Source: Diplonema japonicum
Lineage: Eukaryota > Protista > Euglenozoa: Diplonemea
Assembly: GCA_964019335.1 (NCBI GenBank)
Contig: OZ025722.1
Span: 62,001 to 126,000, forward strand
Direction of reading: 5' to 3'
DNA: 64,000 nucleotides
Shown here: positions 31,716-41,556 of the stretch, piece by piece
How positions within the stretch are numbered: the stretch's first letter is position 1
How the letters are laid out: every line of letters starts with the position of its first letter
The notes under the pieces: generated by a model
What the model saw: only the letters and a program-made list of their open reading frames with translations
Database searches by the model: none
What the model was told of the DNA's origin: nothing
Translations under genes and position numbers: made by a program

Positions 31716-32351
31716 ATGCACTATCTCTTTGCAGCCCTGCAGCTCGCGGCGGCTGTGGGTGTGTGCTGCTACGTGTTGGTGACGAGTGAAGTATTGATGT
31801 TCGTTGCAGGTTGTTCTCTGCTTGCGGGCGACAATATTCTGATACAGCGATGGGACACGGTGAAGGGGAAGCGTGCTGGGCTAGCAAGGCTCGTTCTGAG
31901 GGGTTTGGGAATATGTGTGCTGTTCGTGCCTGTAACCCACCTTGCGGCCCTGGGAGGGCTTCTTGATACCCCCGAGTCCGTAGAAAACACCACCAACGGG
32001 GCGTGGTTCATGATTGTAATGGAGTTTCTGTACATCCTTGTGACTTACACCACACCCGTTCTAGATGTACACCTGCCTTCCTTGCCCAATGCAGCCGTTC
32101 CTACTCTTCTGCACCATGTGTACGTGTGCATCTTTGCTGCTTACATGTATTCTAAGCAACCCCTCCAAGCGGGCTTCCTCGGCCTCGTAGCTTTCTGTGC
32201 CATCTCCCGTATGTACGATGGCGATGGCAAGGTGGTCACCGAGTGCAGAAAGAATCGTGTCGACAGTGGGGAGCCCCCCGACACAATCATCCACATGCTC
32301 GAAGCCGCCGAAGTGCTGGGGCTTGCTTCCATGTATGCGGTGTTGGGTTGA
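31716..32351 (+). CDS. Multi-pass membrane protein, 211 aa
   Basis: Several hydrophobic segments; A-rich leader before ATG. Confidence 0.65.
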   Translation: MHYLFAALQLAAAVGVCCYVLVTSEVLMFVAGCSLLAGDNILIQRWDTVKGKRAGLARLVLRGLGICVLFVPVTHLAALGGLLDTPESVENTTNGAWFMIVMEFLYILVTYTTPVLDVHLPSLPNAAVPTLLHHVYVCIFAAYMYSKQPLQAGFLGLVAFCAISRMYDGDGKVVTECRKNRVDSGEPPDTIIHMLEAAEVLGLASMYAVLG

Positions 32352-32482
32352 GCACACAACAGAGGTGCTTTGCTAGTAGATTATGGTGTCGCTATATAAT
32401 TGTATTCTATCCGTTTGTCAAATCCCCCCTTTTTTTAAATTGTGCATCAGGTTCTAAAAAGATTATTTGAAAAAAAAGAATA

Positions 32483-33499
32483 ATGCAAATGAAAGCCTTT
32501 GCTGCCGCGTTCCTTGCCTTGGTGGTCGTTGTTCAGGGGAAGCTGCTGCCCCCGCACGACGACCCGTCGGAGCACGAGCCGGAAGGCCAGGGAAACACCC
32601 TTGGGGCTCCGGGGACCTGGGACTACTGCAAGGGGACCCCGAAGTGCGTGTTGGGGGAAAGCGACTGCGACAGCGACAACGAGTGCGAGGGGGACCTCGT
32701 GTGCGGGCTGAACAACTGCAAGGCGATGTTCCCCGACAAGGCAGACTCGTACGACATACTGGCGGACTGCTGTGACACGATCAAGCCCTTCCACCTGGAC
32801 TACTGCAACAGGGCTCCCCATGGGAAGTGCAAGTACGGGGAGGGAACTTGCAACACAGACTCCCACTGCGATGACGGCCTCGTGTGCGGAGGCAACTGCA
32901 GGGCCATGCACCCGACTGTTCCTTATCACACCATCTACTACCATGCGACCTGCTGCTCCAGGTGCGGCGGGGCAGCGACAGTGACGGGGTCTGGGTCGAG
33001 CAACAACATGCACACACCCGCCTCCTTTGTGGAGGGGAAGGTGGTGTCAGCAGAGAGGACCCTCTCAAACCCTCCCCCCGTGCTGGCAGCGGCGGCGGTC
33101 TACAACCTCCCCGCCCTTGTCTCTGGTGACAAGATTGAACTGGAGTGCTGTGCTTCGAAGGGGGAGCCCTGCAACTTCTTCGTTGCGGTGTACCACTGCC
33201 CCCCTTGCTCCCACAAGAAGAACGGTGGGATCCCCGCCTTCCTCGCCTCGGAGGGGTGGATGGGGTCGTCGTGCGCCCCCATCTTCACCCCCACTGGTTC
33301 CTCCCAGTCGCAGACGATGACGGTCTTCCACAAAACCCTTGCTGCTGGGGAAGTGTTCGATATCCCTGTCACTGGTGATGCCCCGCACGTTGCAGTCTTC
33401 TCCACCACCCAGACAGTGGGGAGGGACTGGTGCCCTGCGAAGGCAGTGCAGCAGAAGACCACAACCGGTCCCAACAGACCTTGTGTGTGTCTGGAGTGA
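32483..33499 (+). CDS. Secreted cysteine-rich protein with two disulfide-rich repeats and a C-terminal Cys-containing domain, 338 aa
   Basis: Signal peptide; two DYC..C..GE.(D/T)C..D..C...LVCG.NC...CC repeats; C-terminal YHCPPCS..NGG..SCAP. Confidence 0.8.
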   Translation: MQMKAFAAAFLALVVVVQGKLLPPHDDPSEHEPEGQGNTLGAPGTWDYCKGTPKCVLGESDCDSDNECEGDLVCGLNNCKAMFPDKADSYDILADCCDTIKPFHLDYCNRAPHGKCKYGEGTCNTDSHCDDGLVCGGNCRAMHPTVPYHTIYYHATCCSRCGGAATVTGSGSSNNMHTPASFVEGKVVSAERTLSNPPPVLAAAAVYNLPALVSGDKIELECCASKGEPCNFFVAVYHCPPCSHKKNGGIPAFLASEGWMGSSCAPIFTPTGSSQSQTMTVFHKTLAAGEVFDIPVTGDAPHVAVFSTTQTVGRDWCPAKAVQQKTTTGPNRPCVCLE

Positions 33500-34604
33500 G
33501 GATCAAAACAAAGTTAAAAAAAACAAAAATACTTGCGAGAAAAAAAAAAAAAGAAAAAAAAAAAAAAAAAAAAACAATAATAAAAAACCCTCCCTTTTTT
33601 TTGGGGGGTACTTGGATTCTTTTTACCCCTCTCCTTTCACTACCTTCCCATCCTCTTTTTTCCCAGATTCATCTAAGAAAGAAGAAGAGGAAGAAAAGAA
33701 GAAAAAAAAACAAAATCACAAACCTACTTGTGTTACCTTTCTGTGTACTTGAGCCATGTGTTTCACCGGTTTTCGAGGTGAAATGAATAATTGGTTTTAG
33801 ATAACTGGGAAAGGAATCAAAGTTAGTGAAGAAAATGATAACGTAGATTACTGAAAGAATGAAATGACAGAGGCAGCATGGTGTCTTTCTCGGTGGCCCT
33901 GTAGCAGCAAATAAAAGTACTTTTAAGAAAAGGAAAATGATTTTTAAAAAAAAAGAAAAAAAAGGTGGGGGTTACCATTTTATTGTTTCAACCCCCTCTT
34001 GCTTCGTTTCTCCTTTGAAATGCCTTTTTGCTTTGAACACACGTACGTACCGCCAAGGAATGACTTTACCGGCATTTCTTTACTATCTCGGGCCCTGCTG
34101 GCTATGTCTATTTATTTATTTCTAGTTCTTGTCTTGTAGTCGTCCCAAATCAGGGATTTCCTTTTTTTTACCTCTTATACTTTTTTTTTTTTTTGTTTTT
34201 TTTTTTTTTTTTTTTTGGTTATTTTTATGAACAGCGACCGCAACCTCCCTGCACAGTGAAGTCTTATTGACTATTCGTTGTTTGCAAAATGAATTTACTA
34301 CCTTGTGCAACTTGTAACTGAGCAAAAAAAAGAAAAAAAAAAAGAAAAAAACTTTTTTTTCTGCTCGCCAACAGGAACATGAGTCGTAAACTAATCATTA
34401 CCCCCCCCCCCCCCCCCACCCCCTTGTTCGCTTTTTTTTTCTTCTAAAACTTATTCTGGTTGAATTTTTTGAATAGCTTTACCTCGACTTCCCCGCCCAC
34501 CTTTTTATTTTTCTCCGGAACGGGGTTGACTTTAAATTTGGAACATCTGGGGGGGGGGGGGGGGGGGTAGGGGGGGGTCATATGGTCCTTAAAAAGGGCC
34601 ACTT

Positions 34605-34986
34605 TTTGCCCTTTTTCAGGCTCTTCGCCAAGGGCATTTTGGGCCCTTAAAAAAACTGTAACCACCCCAAAAGTGCCCACAAATCACCCAAACCCCCGTT
34701 TCCCGATGGTTTCCGGCCCCAAAAGTGCCCAGAATCATGTTCTAATTTTGGGGCCCCCGTTTGGTACTTTCCCTATGTAATCCTAGGGGCCCCTATTTAT
34801 GTTCCCTAGGATTACATAGGGAAAGTACCAAACGGGGGCCCCAAAATTAGAACATGATTCTGGGCACTTTTGGGGCCGGAAACCATCGGGAAACGGGGGT
34901 TTGGGTGATTTGTGGGCACTTTTGGGGTGGTTACAGTTTTTTAAGGGCCCAAAATGCCCTTGGCGAAGAGCCTGAAAAAGGGCAAA
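34605..34986. repeat. Long inverted repeat: 184/183-bp arms (34605-34788, 34804-34986), 15-nt spacer
   Basis: Arms are reverse complements with only a 1-nt homopolymer difference seen; both belong to the 3151 repeat family. Confidence 0.95.
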
Positions 34987-35010
34987 TAACGACCCCCTTA
35001 TGACCCCCCC

Positions 35011-35169
35011 TAGGGCTATGCTGGCAGGAAACGTTTCCGTTTCCGTTCCCGTTTCCGTTTCCATACTTTTCAAAATTCTTATGGAAACGGCTTCCTTCTT
35101 GAGGAAACATAAGGAAACGTTTCCGTTTCCGTTTCCGTTTCCCTTTTTTTCAAAAAATGCATAGCCCTG
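35011..35169. mobile_element. 159-bp hAT-like MITE
   Basis: Termini TAGGGCTATGC...GCATAGCCCTG (10/11 inverted); about 7 internal CCGTTT/AAACGG motifs; no 8-bp TSD visible. Confidence 0.65.
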
Positions 35170-35274
35170 GGGGGGGGGGGGGGGGGACCACCAAAAATAA
35201 AATCTGTACAACCGAACCTGAAATCAAAGTCAAAAAACGAATAGGGAAAAAAAAAAAAAAAAAAAAAAAAAACC

Positions 35275-36558
35275 ATGTGGTCAAGAGCAATCCAGGCACT
35301 TAAACGACAAGTTAAGCAAAATGAAATGCTGTCAGCAGGGATCTGGATGAGCGCTTTGGCAGGCACAGCAGGAGGATGTTATGTGCTAATAGGACACGGT
35401 ATGGATATGGCGAGCCGCGCAATTGTCAGCACGGTGAGCGTAAGGAACAGAGAGGAAGCCTTCGAGTGGGTCACAGACTGGGTGGGGGAACATTCTGGAA
35501 GCTTCGTCACTGCGAACCGCCTGCAGCTCAAGGTGGCACAGAACAACTCAACTGTGAACCCTTACCGTAACTCGACCCCTGGTGGACTTCAATACGAACC
35601 AGGCCTGGGCACCCACATCTTCACATACAACAACAAGCTGATCATCCTCCACAGAGAAGCACGTGAAACTATCACGTCAGGGTTCGACAGACAACCCTAC
35701 ACCCCTGAGACTATTCGGCTGTGGTGTGTTGGCGGCTCTGGTACCCTGCGCGATTTCTTAAGTGAGTGCCGGGAGCTTTCCATCGAGAAGGAGAAGGGCA
35801 AGACACCGCTGTACTTTCCAGACCACGGCGATTGGAGAAAGGTAGCAATGAAACCAAAACGCAAGAAAGACTCCATCATCCTGAAGGACGGCCAGCTGGA
35901 CAGCGTCCTCCATGACGTTGAAAACTTTCTGAAATCGGAGGAAAAATACACGAAGCTGGGCGTCCCATACAGGAGAGGGTATTTGTTCCACGGCCCCCCT
36001 GGCTGCGGGAAAACATCGTTGGTGGCAGGAATAGCAGGGTGCTTGGGTTTAGGTGTTTCAAGCATATCCTTGAACACACGAGGCTTGGACGATACCGGAT
36101 TGTCTGCTTTGCTGAGAGACAGCCCGGAAAAATGCATCCTCTTGCTGGAAGATATCGACAGTATTTTTCAGAATCGTGTGGGGGGTGATGAAACTGCTGT
36201 GACTTTTTCCGGTCTTCTAAACGCGGTGGATGGCGTCGCGTCACAAGAAGGCCGTGTTCTTGTCATGACTACAAACCACGTTGAGTCTCTGGACCCCGCG
36301 CTTCTTCGCCCCGGTCGATGCGATGTAAAGGTACACCTCACCAACGCTACTAGCTATCAAGCCTCTGCCATGCTCACCCGTTTCATCCCCACTGCCACCC
36401 CCGAAGAAGCCACCATATTCTCGGATCACATCGAATCCCGCTCCGTCAGCATGGCCGCGATCCAAGCATATCTCCTCAAGAACAACACCATAGCAGACTG
36501 CATCAATAACCTGGACAGCATTGAATGCGGTGAGACGCCCTGTCGGTCTTCTATCTAA
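35275..36558 (+). CDS. BCS1: Mitochondrial BCS1-family AAA ATPase
   Basis: BCS1_N region (FEWVTDW, PGLGTH); GVPYRRGYLFHGPPGCGKTS; LLEDID; VTFSGLLNAVDGVASQEGR; LDPALLRPGRCD. Confidence 0.92.
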   Translation: MWSRAIQALKRQVKQNEMLSAGIWMSALAGTAGGCYVLIGHGMDMASRAIVSTVSVRNREEAFEWVTDWVGEHSGSFVTANRLQLKVAQNNSTVNPYRNSTPGGLQYEPGLGTHIFTYNNKLIILHREARETITSGFDRQPYTPETIRLWCVGGSGTLRDFLSECRELSIEKEKGKTPLYFPDHGDWRKVAMKPKRKKDSIILKDGQLDSVLHDVENFLKSEEKYTKLGVPYRRGYLFHGPPGCGKTSLVAGIAGCLGLGVSSISLNTRGLDDTGLSALLRDSPEKCILLLEDIDSIFQNRVGGDETAVTFSGLLNAVDGVASQEGRVLVMTTNHVESLDPALLRPGRCDVKVHLTNATSYQASAMLTRFIPTATPEEATIFSDHIESRSVSMAAIQAYLLKNNTIADCINNLDSIECGETPCRSSI

Positions 36559-36649
36559 ACCGTGCCCCATCTTGCACTTTTCTTTTCGCTTTTTTTTTTT
36601 GTGGGAAAGGTGGGTAGGCAAGAAAGGGAAAGAAGAGAAGAAAAGAAAT

Positions 36650-37372
36650 ATGCCTGAGACAGAGCTGCATCTCACGGAGAGGTTCCACTACATTCTGAGG
36701 ATGCTGGACGAGCTGCCAGAGGAAGAGCCAGAAGAAGAAGACGCGCTGCCGTCGCCGCCACCAACGGAACACTCCGTCGCAGACGAGGCTGTAGAACGCC
36801 TATCGGCAGACGGGATGCCGCCAACTGTAGCCGCAACACTTGCAGATCACGAGGCTCCTGTAGCCTCTGTACCCGAGGCCTTACAAACCGGGTATCGGGA
36901 GACGGAAATTGTAGAAGGCCAGGACACACAGATCGTGGAAACAGTGCAGCCGCCAACGGCCCCTGCGACACTTGAGGAGGGACCGAAGGCAGCGGAAATA
37001 CCCATAGTTACTGAAGGCACTGAAGACAGACCTGCGGAACTGGCCAGCGTAGCGAAGGTGTTCCGACTTCCGAAGAGCGACTCTTGCGAAATGGTCCTCG
37101 GCGGGGAGGAGGCGATCGTCGTGGGCGCAACCTGTTCATGCGAGAACCCCACACACTACTGCGACACCTGTGAAACGGAACACTGCGCAGTGTGCACGAC
37201 AACAAAACACCGCCTACACGACACAGCGCCTTTTAGTGAATGGGACACTCTTTGCACTTGCAAACAACCTGCAGCGCAATACTGCGGGACTTGCGACCAA
37301 GATTTCTGCGACAACTGTGCATCCGGACACGAAGGACACGACACAGGTCCGCAAGAAGACTGGGATGGGTAG
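36650..37372 (+). CDS. Acidic protein with two C-terminal B-box zinc fingers
   Basis: ATG 36650; CSC..YCDTC..HCAVC..H..HD and CTC..YCGTC..FCDNC..HEGHD. Confidence 0.75.
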   Translation: MPETELHLTERFHYILRMLDELPEEEPEEEDALPSPPPTEHSVADEAVERLSADGMPPTVAATLADHEAPVASVPEALQTGYRETEIVEGQDTQIVETVQPPTAPATLEEGPKAAEIPIVTEGTEDRPAELASVAKVFRLPKSDSCEMVLGGEEAIVVGATCSCENPTHYCDTCETEHCAVCTTTKHRLHDTAPFSEWDTLCTCKQPAAQYCGTCDQDFCDNCASGHEGHDTGPQEDWDG

Positions 37373-37436
37373 GTAGTTAAGTAGTCCTGTGCCCTGTTGC
37401 ATTTCACACAACACAGTGCCACGGGGGTGTGAAAAT

Positions 37437-39638
37437 ATGACCGCGGAACCGGGCAAAAACAACGTGATCGCCGTTCTAAAGAAAGCTGGAGCGTTCGATA
37501 GTTACGAAAGCCCTCGCAGCCCAAGAAGGGGCGCGCAGGTTACGACACGGCCCGGGGTGAAAGAACCCAAAGCACCCACAACAAAACAAGCCCGGCCAGT
37601 CAGGTATTATTTTACCCTAAGCGAACGGGGTGAAACACCTGTCACACCGTGGCCCGCAATGACTTCTAAACCCGCGTTGCTAACCAAACTGGAAGGTGTG
37701 TGGACGACCACCACAACCAGCGATCTGACAAAGGCACGGACTTGCATGCAACGATTGGTCCCAGCATTCTCCGTGTATGGGCACATCTTGAAAAAGATTC
37801 AAAACGCATATGAGGCCTGTCTGGAGAAGGGAGTACAAAAATGTGACCACGAAGCACCACCTGACAAGCAGCATTCAGACGTGCCAAGCCCGCGTATCAC
37901 GAATCGGGGACTGAAAACCTTTTTCAAAGCGATAAGCAGTGAAAGCAGCGAGGTGACCCTTCTCGTGCAACAAGTTAAGAAGTTCGAGAGAAGCCTCGGG
38001 CTGTACAAAACAGAGGTTCTAAAGCTGTCGGAAGAGACCATCGAGTTAAAGGCGACGGTGAAACGCCTCGAGGAATCCGAGAGGAAACTGGAGGCAATCA
38101 TTGTGGAAAAAAAAGACCTTCAAAAACGGTTGGAAGACGTGTCAATGCAGCTTAAGGGAGAGACAGCGTCAAAAGACAGCGCAGTTGCAAAACTAGAAGA
38201 GCACGTCACAGCGTCCAAATCGAAAATGGCGGTGTCGAAACTGGCGGCAACCTGGGCGAAAAAAACACTATGGTCAAAAGGCGAAATAGGGAAGCAAACC
38301 AGCCCTCAAAACACGGTCCTCACGCCTAGACCCAGCTGGAGAGACGAAAAACGCTTCCCGGAGCTGGAGATCTGGGGGATTGACGCAAAAATGCGAACTG
38401 CGAGCATCGCGAACATCCTCATGAAGCAGCTTCTCGTCACGGCGTCTGAGCTGGAAGAACGCAAACTGAATGGCTCCGAACGACCGGATACCATCGCACT
38501 CCAAGCCTTGCAACCATTGTGGGACACAAAGAAACCAGTACGTGCTGTGACGCACCGTCTCTTCGTTCCATTGGGAGAACCGTCTTGGCTCCCAGTGTAT
38601 CTCCACGCAGTACGTGGCCCGAACAACTTGAAATACACCCTGCAAGACGCGCACAATCTTATAGGAGAAATCCACTATCACGCGAAGCTCGGAGGTTCCC
38701 TCGTCGGCTTCTTCACCGATTACGTTAAAGCGTATCCAGGGAAGAAGGTGGCAGATGTTGCATACAGCCTTCTTTCAGCGTGTCAAACTTTCAAACACGA
38801 TCCAACCTGCTCACTGTTCTCATTAGTTATACCTGGATACATTGGGTACTGGGCTGTAGACGAAATGGCGGGGGCCCTAAGCCGGTTTGAACGGAAGTTC
38901 AGGGAGACGGAGGGTGCCGCCAGCCATATGAATGTATTGGGATGTTGTTTAGCACCAGCGCGGAAACTCTACGGGGGAGTGTGTAGTTTGTCCGATATTA
39001 TGAAAGCAGTGCAACTTGCATCTGAAGGTGAAGATGAAAGGCTTGTCTACCAGCTCCGCCATGCAGTTTTTATAAACGCAGGAATGCACAACGCGTGCAA
39101 CTGGGTGGATCTCTTCGCTGTCGACGAAAAAGGTGAGGAAGCTTGCTTTGCAAAAAGAGTGAAACAAAACGTTCTCAGCAACATATGGCGATGGGTCACA
39201 TCCCTCGAACTCGAAATCACATCACGAAGCACATCCGGTCCCTCCGGAACCCGGCAAGTTACACGGCAATCTGCCATGATGGCCGTCACATTTCTCCACC
39301 CAGATGTCCCTTCGGTTGAGGCATATAATTTCGTCGATGCCGTGTTCCAGATGTCGGTCGATCAGGAGCAAGGCAAGCAGACTGTGCTCCCCGTTTCTGT
39401 CTCTTCCCAATGGCTTCCTTTGCCCGATTTGTCCAGCCCCATGGAGCCGCGGTACGACACAGCGTCGCGGCTACTCAGCCTGGACCTCGGCGACTCGCCC
39501 CCTGCCTTCACCAGCGTCCTTCGACACGACATCAACGACTCACTCTCCGATGTTATGACAACATCAGAATTTCTCTACATTGCCAGGCATATACCCTTCC
39601 ACCCTGTTTGTCAAAGGGTGTTTCCAAAAGCGTTGTGA
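37437..39638 (+). CDS. TSNAXIP1-like coiled-coil protein
   Basis: AFSVYGHILKKIQNAYE resembles TSNAXIP1_N; coiled coil; LTPRPSW; family call is from motif recall only. Confidence 0.6.
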   Translation: MTAEPGKNNVIAVLKKAGAFDSYESPRSPRRGAQVTTRPGVKEPKAPTTKQARPVRYYFTLSERGETPVTPWPAMTSKPALLTKLEGVWTTTTTSDLTKARTCMQRLVPAFSVYGHILKKIQNAYEACLEKGVQKCDHEAPPDKQHSDVPSPRITNRGLKTFFKAISSESSEVTLLVQQVKKFERSLGLYKTEVLKLSEETIELKATVKRLEESERKLEAIIVEKKDLQKRLEDVSMQLKGETASKDSAVAKLEEHVTASKSKMAVSKLAATWAKKTLWSKGEIGKQTSPQNTVLTPRPSWRDEKRFPELEIWGIDAKMRTASIANILMKQLLVTASELEERKLNGSERPDTIALQALQPLWDTKKPVRAVTHRLFVPLGEPSWLPVYLHAVRGPNNLKYTLQDAHNLIGEIHYHAKLGGSLVGFFTDYVKAYPGKKVADVAYSLLSACQTFKHDPTCSLFSLVIPGYIGYWAVDEMAGALSRFERKFRETEGAASHMNVLGCCLAPARKLYGGVCSLSDIMKAVQLASEGEDERLVYQLRHAVFINAGMHNACNWVDLFAVDEKGEEACFAKRVKQNVLSNIWRWVTSLELEITSRSTSGPSGTRQVTRQSAMMAVTFLHPDVPSVEAYNFVDAVFQMSVDQEQGKQTVLPVSVSSQWLPLPDLSSPMEPRYDTASRLLSLDLGDSPPAFTSVLRHDINDSLSDVMTTSEFLYIARHIPFHPVCQRVFPKAL

Positions 39639-39754
39639 GTAAAAAAAAGGGCTTTCCAGCTCCCCCCCCCCTTTTTTTTTCTTCAATTTAGTAATTTTAG
39701 ATCAGGGGTAGGAGGAGAGGGGGAGGGGGGAAGAAAAGAGTTTTTTAAAAAAAA

Positions 39755-40086
39755 ATGTGGGACCCAATACAGGGGCATGGTCCCATTCCTCCTTTGGGGA
39801 AGCTGCCGCATCTGAACTACAGCGGCAGTGGGTATAAAATCGGGAACCTTTTGGCTACGCAAGGTGGTGGTGGCGTCAGTACAGTACCTGTGGGCGGGGG
39901 CGGGGGGACAACCTACCACGTCAAGGGGTCAAAGGGATGGGATGTGCATAGTGGCCCTGTAGCTGACTCAGTATGGGAGGGTGGTTTTTTTTTTTTTTTT
40001 TGTCCCCTTATTCAACACTACAGATCGCCCTGGGACTCGGCGATCAACGGGTTGACTTGAACGGCTTCGATCTATCTGGCATCTGA
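39755..40086 (+). CDS. Small Gly-rich protein, 92 aa; exons 39755-39970, 40024-40086 (53-nt intron 39971-40023)
   Basis: TCA|GTATGGGAGG-poly(T)-...CACTACAG|ATC gives ...GPVADS|IALGLGDQRVDLNGFDLSGI-TGA. Confidence 0.6.
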
Positions 40087-40288
40087 ATAAGAAGAGAAAA
40101 AAGATTTTTTTCTATAAAAAATAGCATGTCCACACATTTATACTTACATTTCATACACAAAATAACTACCCTGAAAACCATTTCTTTTAACACCTCCCCC
40201 CACCCCATCCCGTGAATTGCATTGTGTCACAGGTACACAACGAGAAGAAGAAGAAGTACTATTGTATTAAAAAGAAAATCTTAAAAAC

Positions 40289-41404
40289 ATGATGAACACA
40301 ATAATTCGGGTTTTGATAATATTGGCAATGATGGCCGTGGCAAGTATTTACATAAAAGTGGGTCAGATGGAAGAGGCGGGGGGTGTGGAAAACCCGGGGC
40401 GCGCGGAGGAATCGGCGAAACCAGCGGCGGTAACAACGAAGAGAAAACGGTACTATTCTCTCGACGCCGATCAGGAGGAGATAAAAAAACAACTCGGGGG
40501 CTCGACTTCCAACCCAGGCAACACCATCCTCGCCACAGCCGGAAACCACGGCTTTCGAGACTTCATCAAAAATGTCGATTTAAACACAGCGACCGCAATG
40601 CCAGGAAAGAGGATCCTCACTGTGATGTTCGACGAAATAGGCGCCAAATGGTGTTCAGAAAACCTCAGCGAAACAACCTCCCTCTGCACCCACCTGAGCT
40701 GCACCTGCCCGTACAACAGCACTCTAGGGACAGAAGGATACACGTCATGTCTTTACGGGATTTACATTTGCAAGCTTCGTGTGAAGAAAATTGTTTTTTC
40801 GATGGGTTTCAGCCTGTTGTTTATCGACGGTGATGCGGCAATCCGTCCCAACCCGCTGAAACAGATTCCTTTGGACAGCCCCCACGATGTTGTAGGGGCG
40901 TGCGAACTGTGCAGCGGAGCGTGTCATTTACCCAAGGCAACACATGATATCGTCGACTTCAAGGCGGTCTCGCGGGTCAAAACGGAAAACTACTATCAGA
41001 TTAATATAGGCCTCGCGTGGTTTAACAACACGAAAGGCACGAGGCGAGCAGTGGACGAAACGATCGATTTGATCGTGAACAAACGGCTTGACTTTAAATC
41101 GGTGGATCAAACTGTTCTGAACCGCCGTCTGATGTCCCTCTCCCTCGCCACCCTCTGTCTTCCTACAGCGGTCGGCGGGCTAAACGTCCGATCGCGGAGT
41201 TCCCGTCCCAAGCTTTTCCCCTTAGCTTGGGGTGTCCACGCCGCAAGGTTGGTGTCCAAAACAGGTTTCTACAAGAAAGCCTTCTTGTACGCAAACGGGT
41301 TGTGGAAGCTGCCTGTCAACGAGGAGTTCATGGACTACTACAAGCGATGGCACGCGAGCCCGTCCTCATTCAAGAAGTATTTGAACTCCATCGGGCAGTT
41401 GTAA
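40289..41404 (+). CDS. Type II membrane nucleotide-diphospho-sugar transferase (GT77-like)
   Basis: N-terminal TM anchor; GFSLLFIDGD (DxD); INIGLAWF; DQTVLN; late His motif. Confidence 0.78.
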   Translation: MMNTIIRVLIILAMMAVASIYIKVGQMEEAGGVENPGRAEESAKPAAVTTKRKRYYSLDADQEEIKKQLGGSTSNPGNTILATAGNHGFRDFIKNVDLNTATAMPGKRILTVMFDEIGAKWCSENLSETTSLCTHLSCTCPYNSTLGTEGYTSCLYGIYICKLRVKKIVFSMGFSLLFIDGDAAIRPNPLKQIPLDSPHDVVGACELCSGACHLPKATHDIVDFKAVSRVKTENYYQINIGLAWFNNTKGTRRAVDETIDLIVNKRLDFKSVDQTVLNRRLMSLSLATLCLPTAVGGLNVRSRSSRPKLFPLAWGVHAARLVSKTGFYKKAFLYANGLWKLPVNEEFMDYYKRWHASPSSFKKYLNSIGQL

Positions 41405-41556
41405 GGACATTGTGGAGGGGTGGTTTTTTTTCTTCTTCTTTTTTTTTTTTGCCTCCCAGACGATTCAAAGGCTTAGATCACACCTTTGTATTGTGTCCCC
41501 CCCCCCCCCCCCCCCCTCCCGTTTTAAAAAAATAAATAAATAAAAATAGGAGTGAC

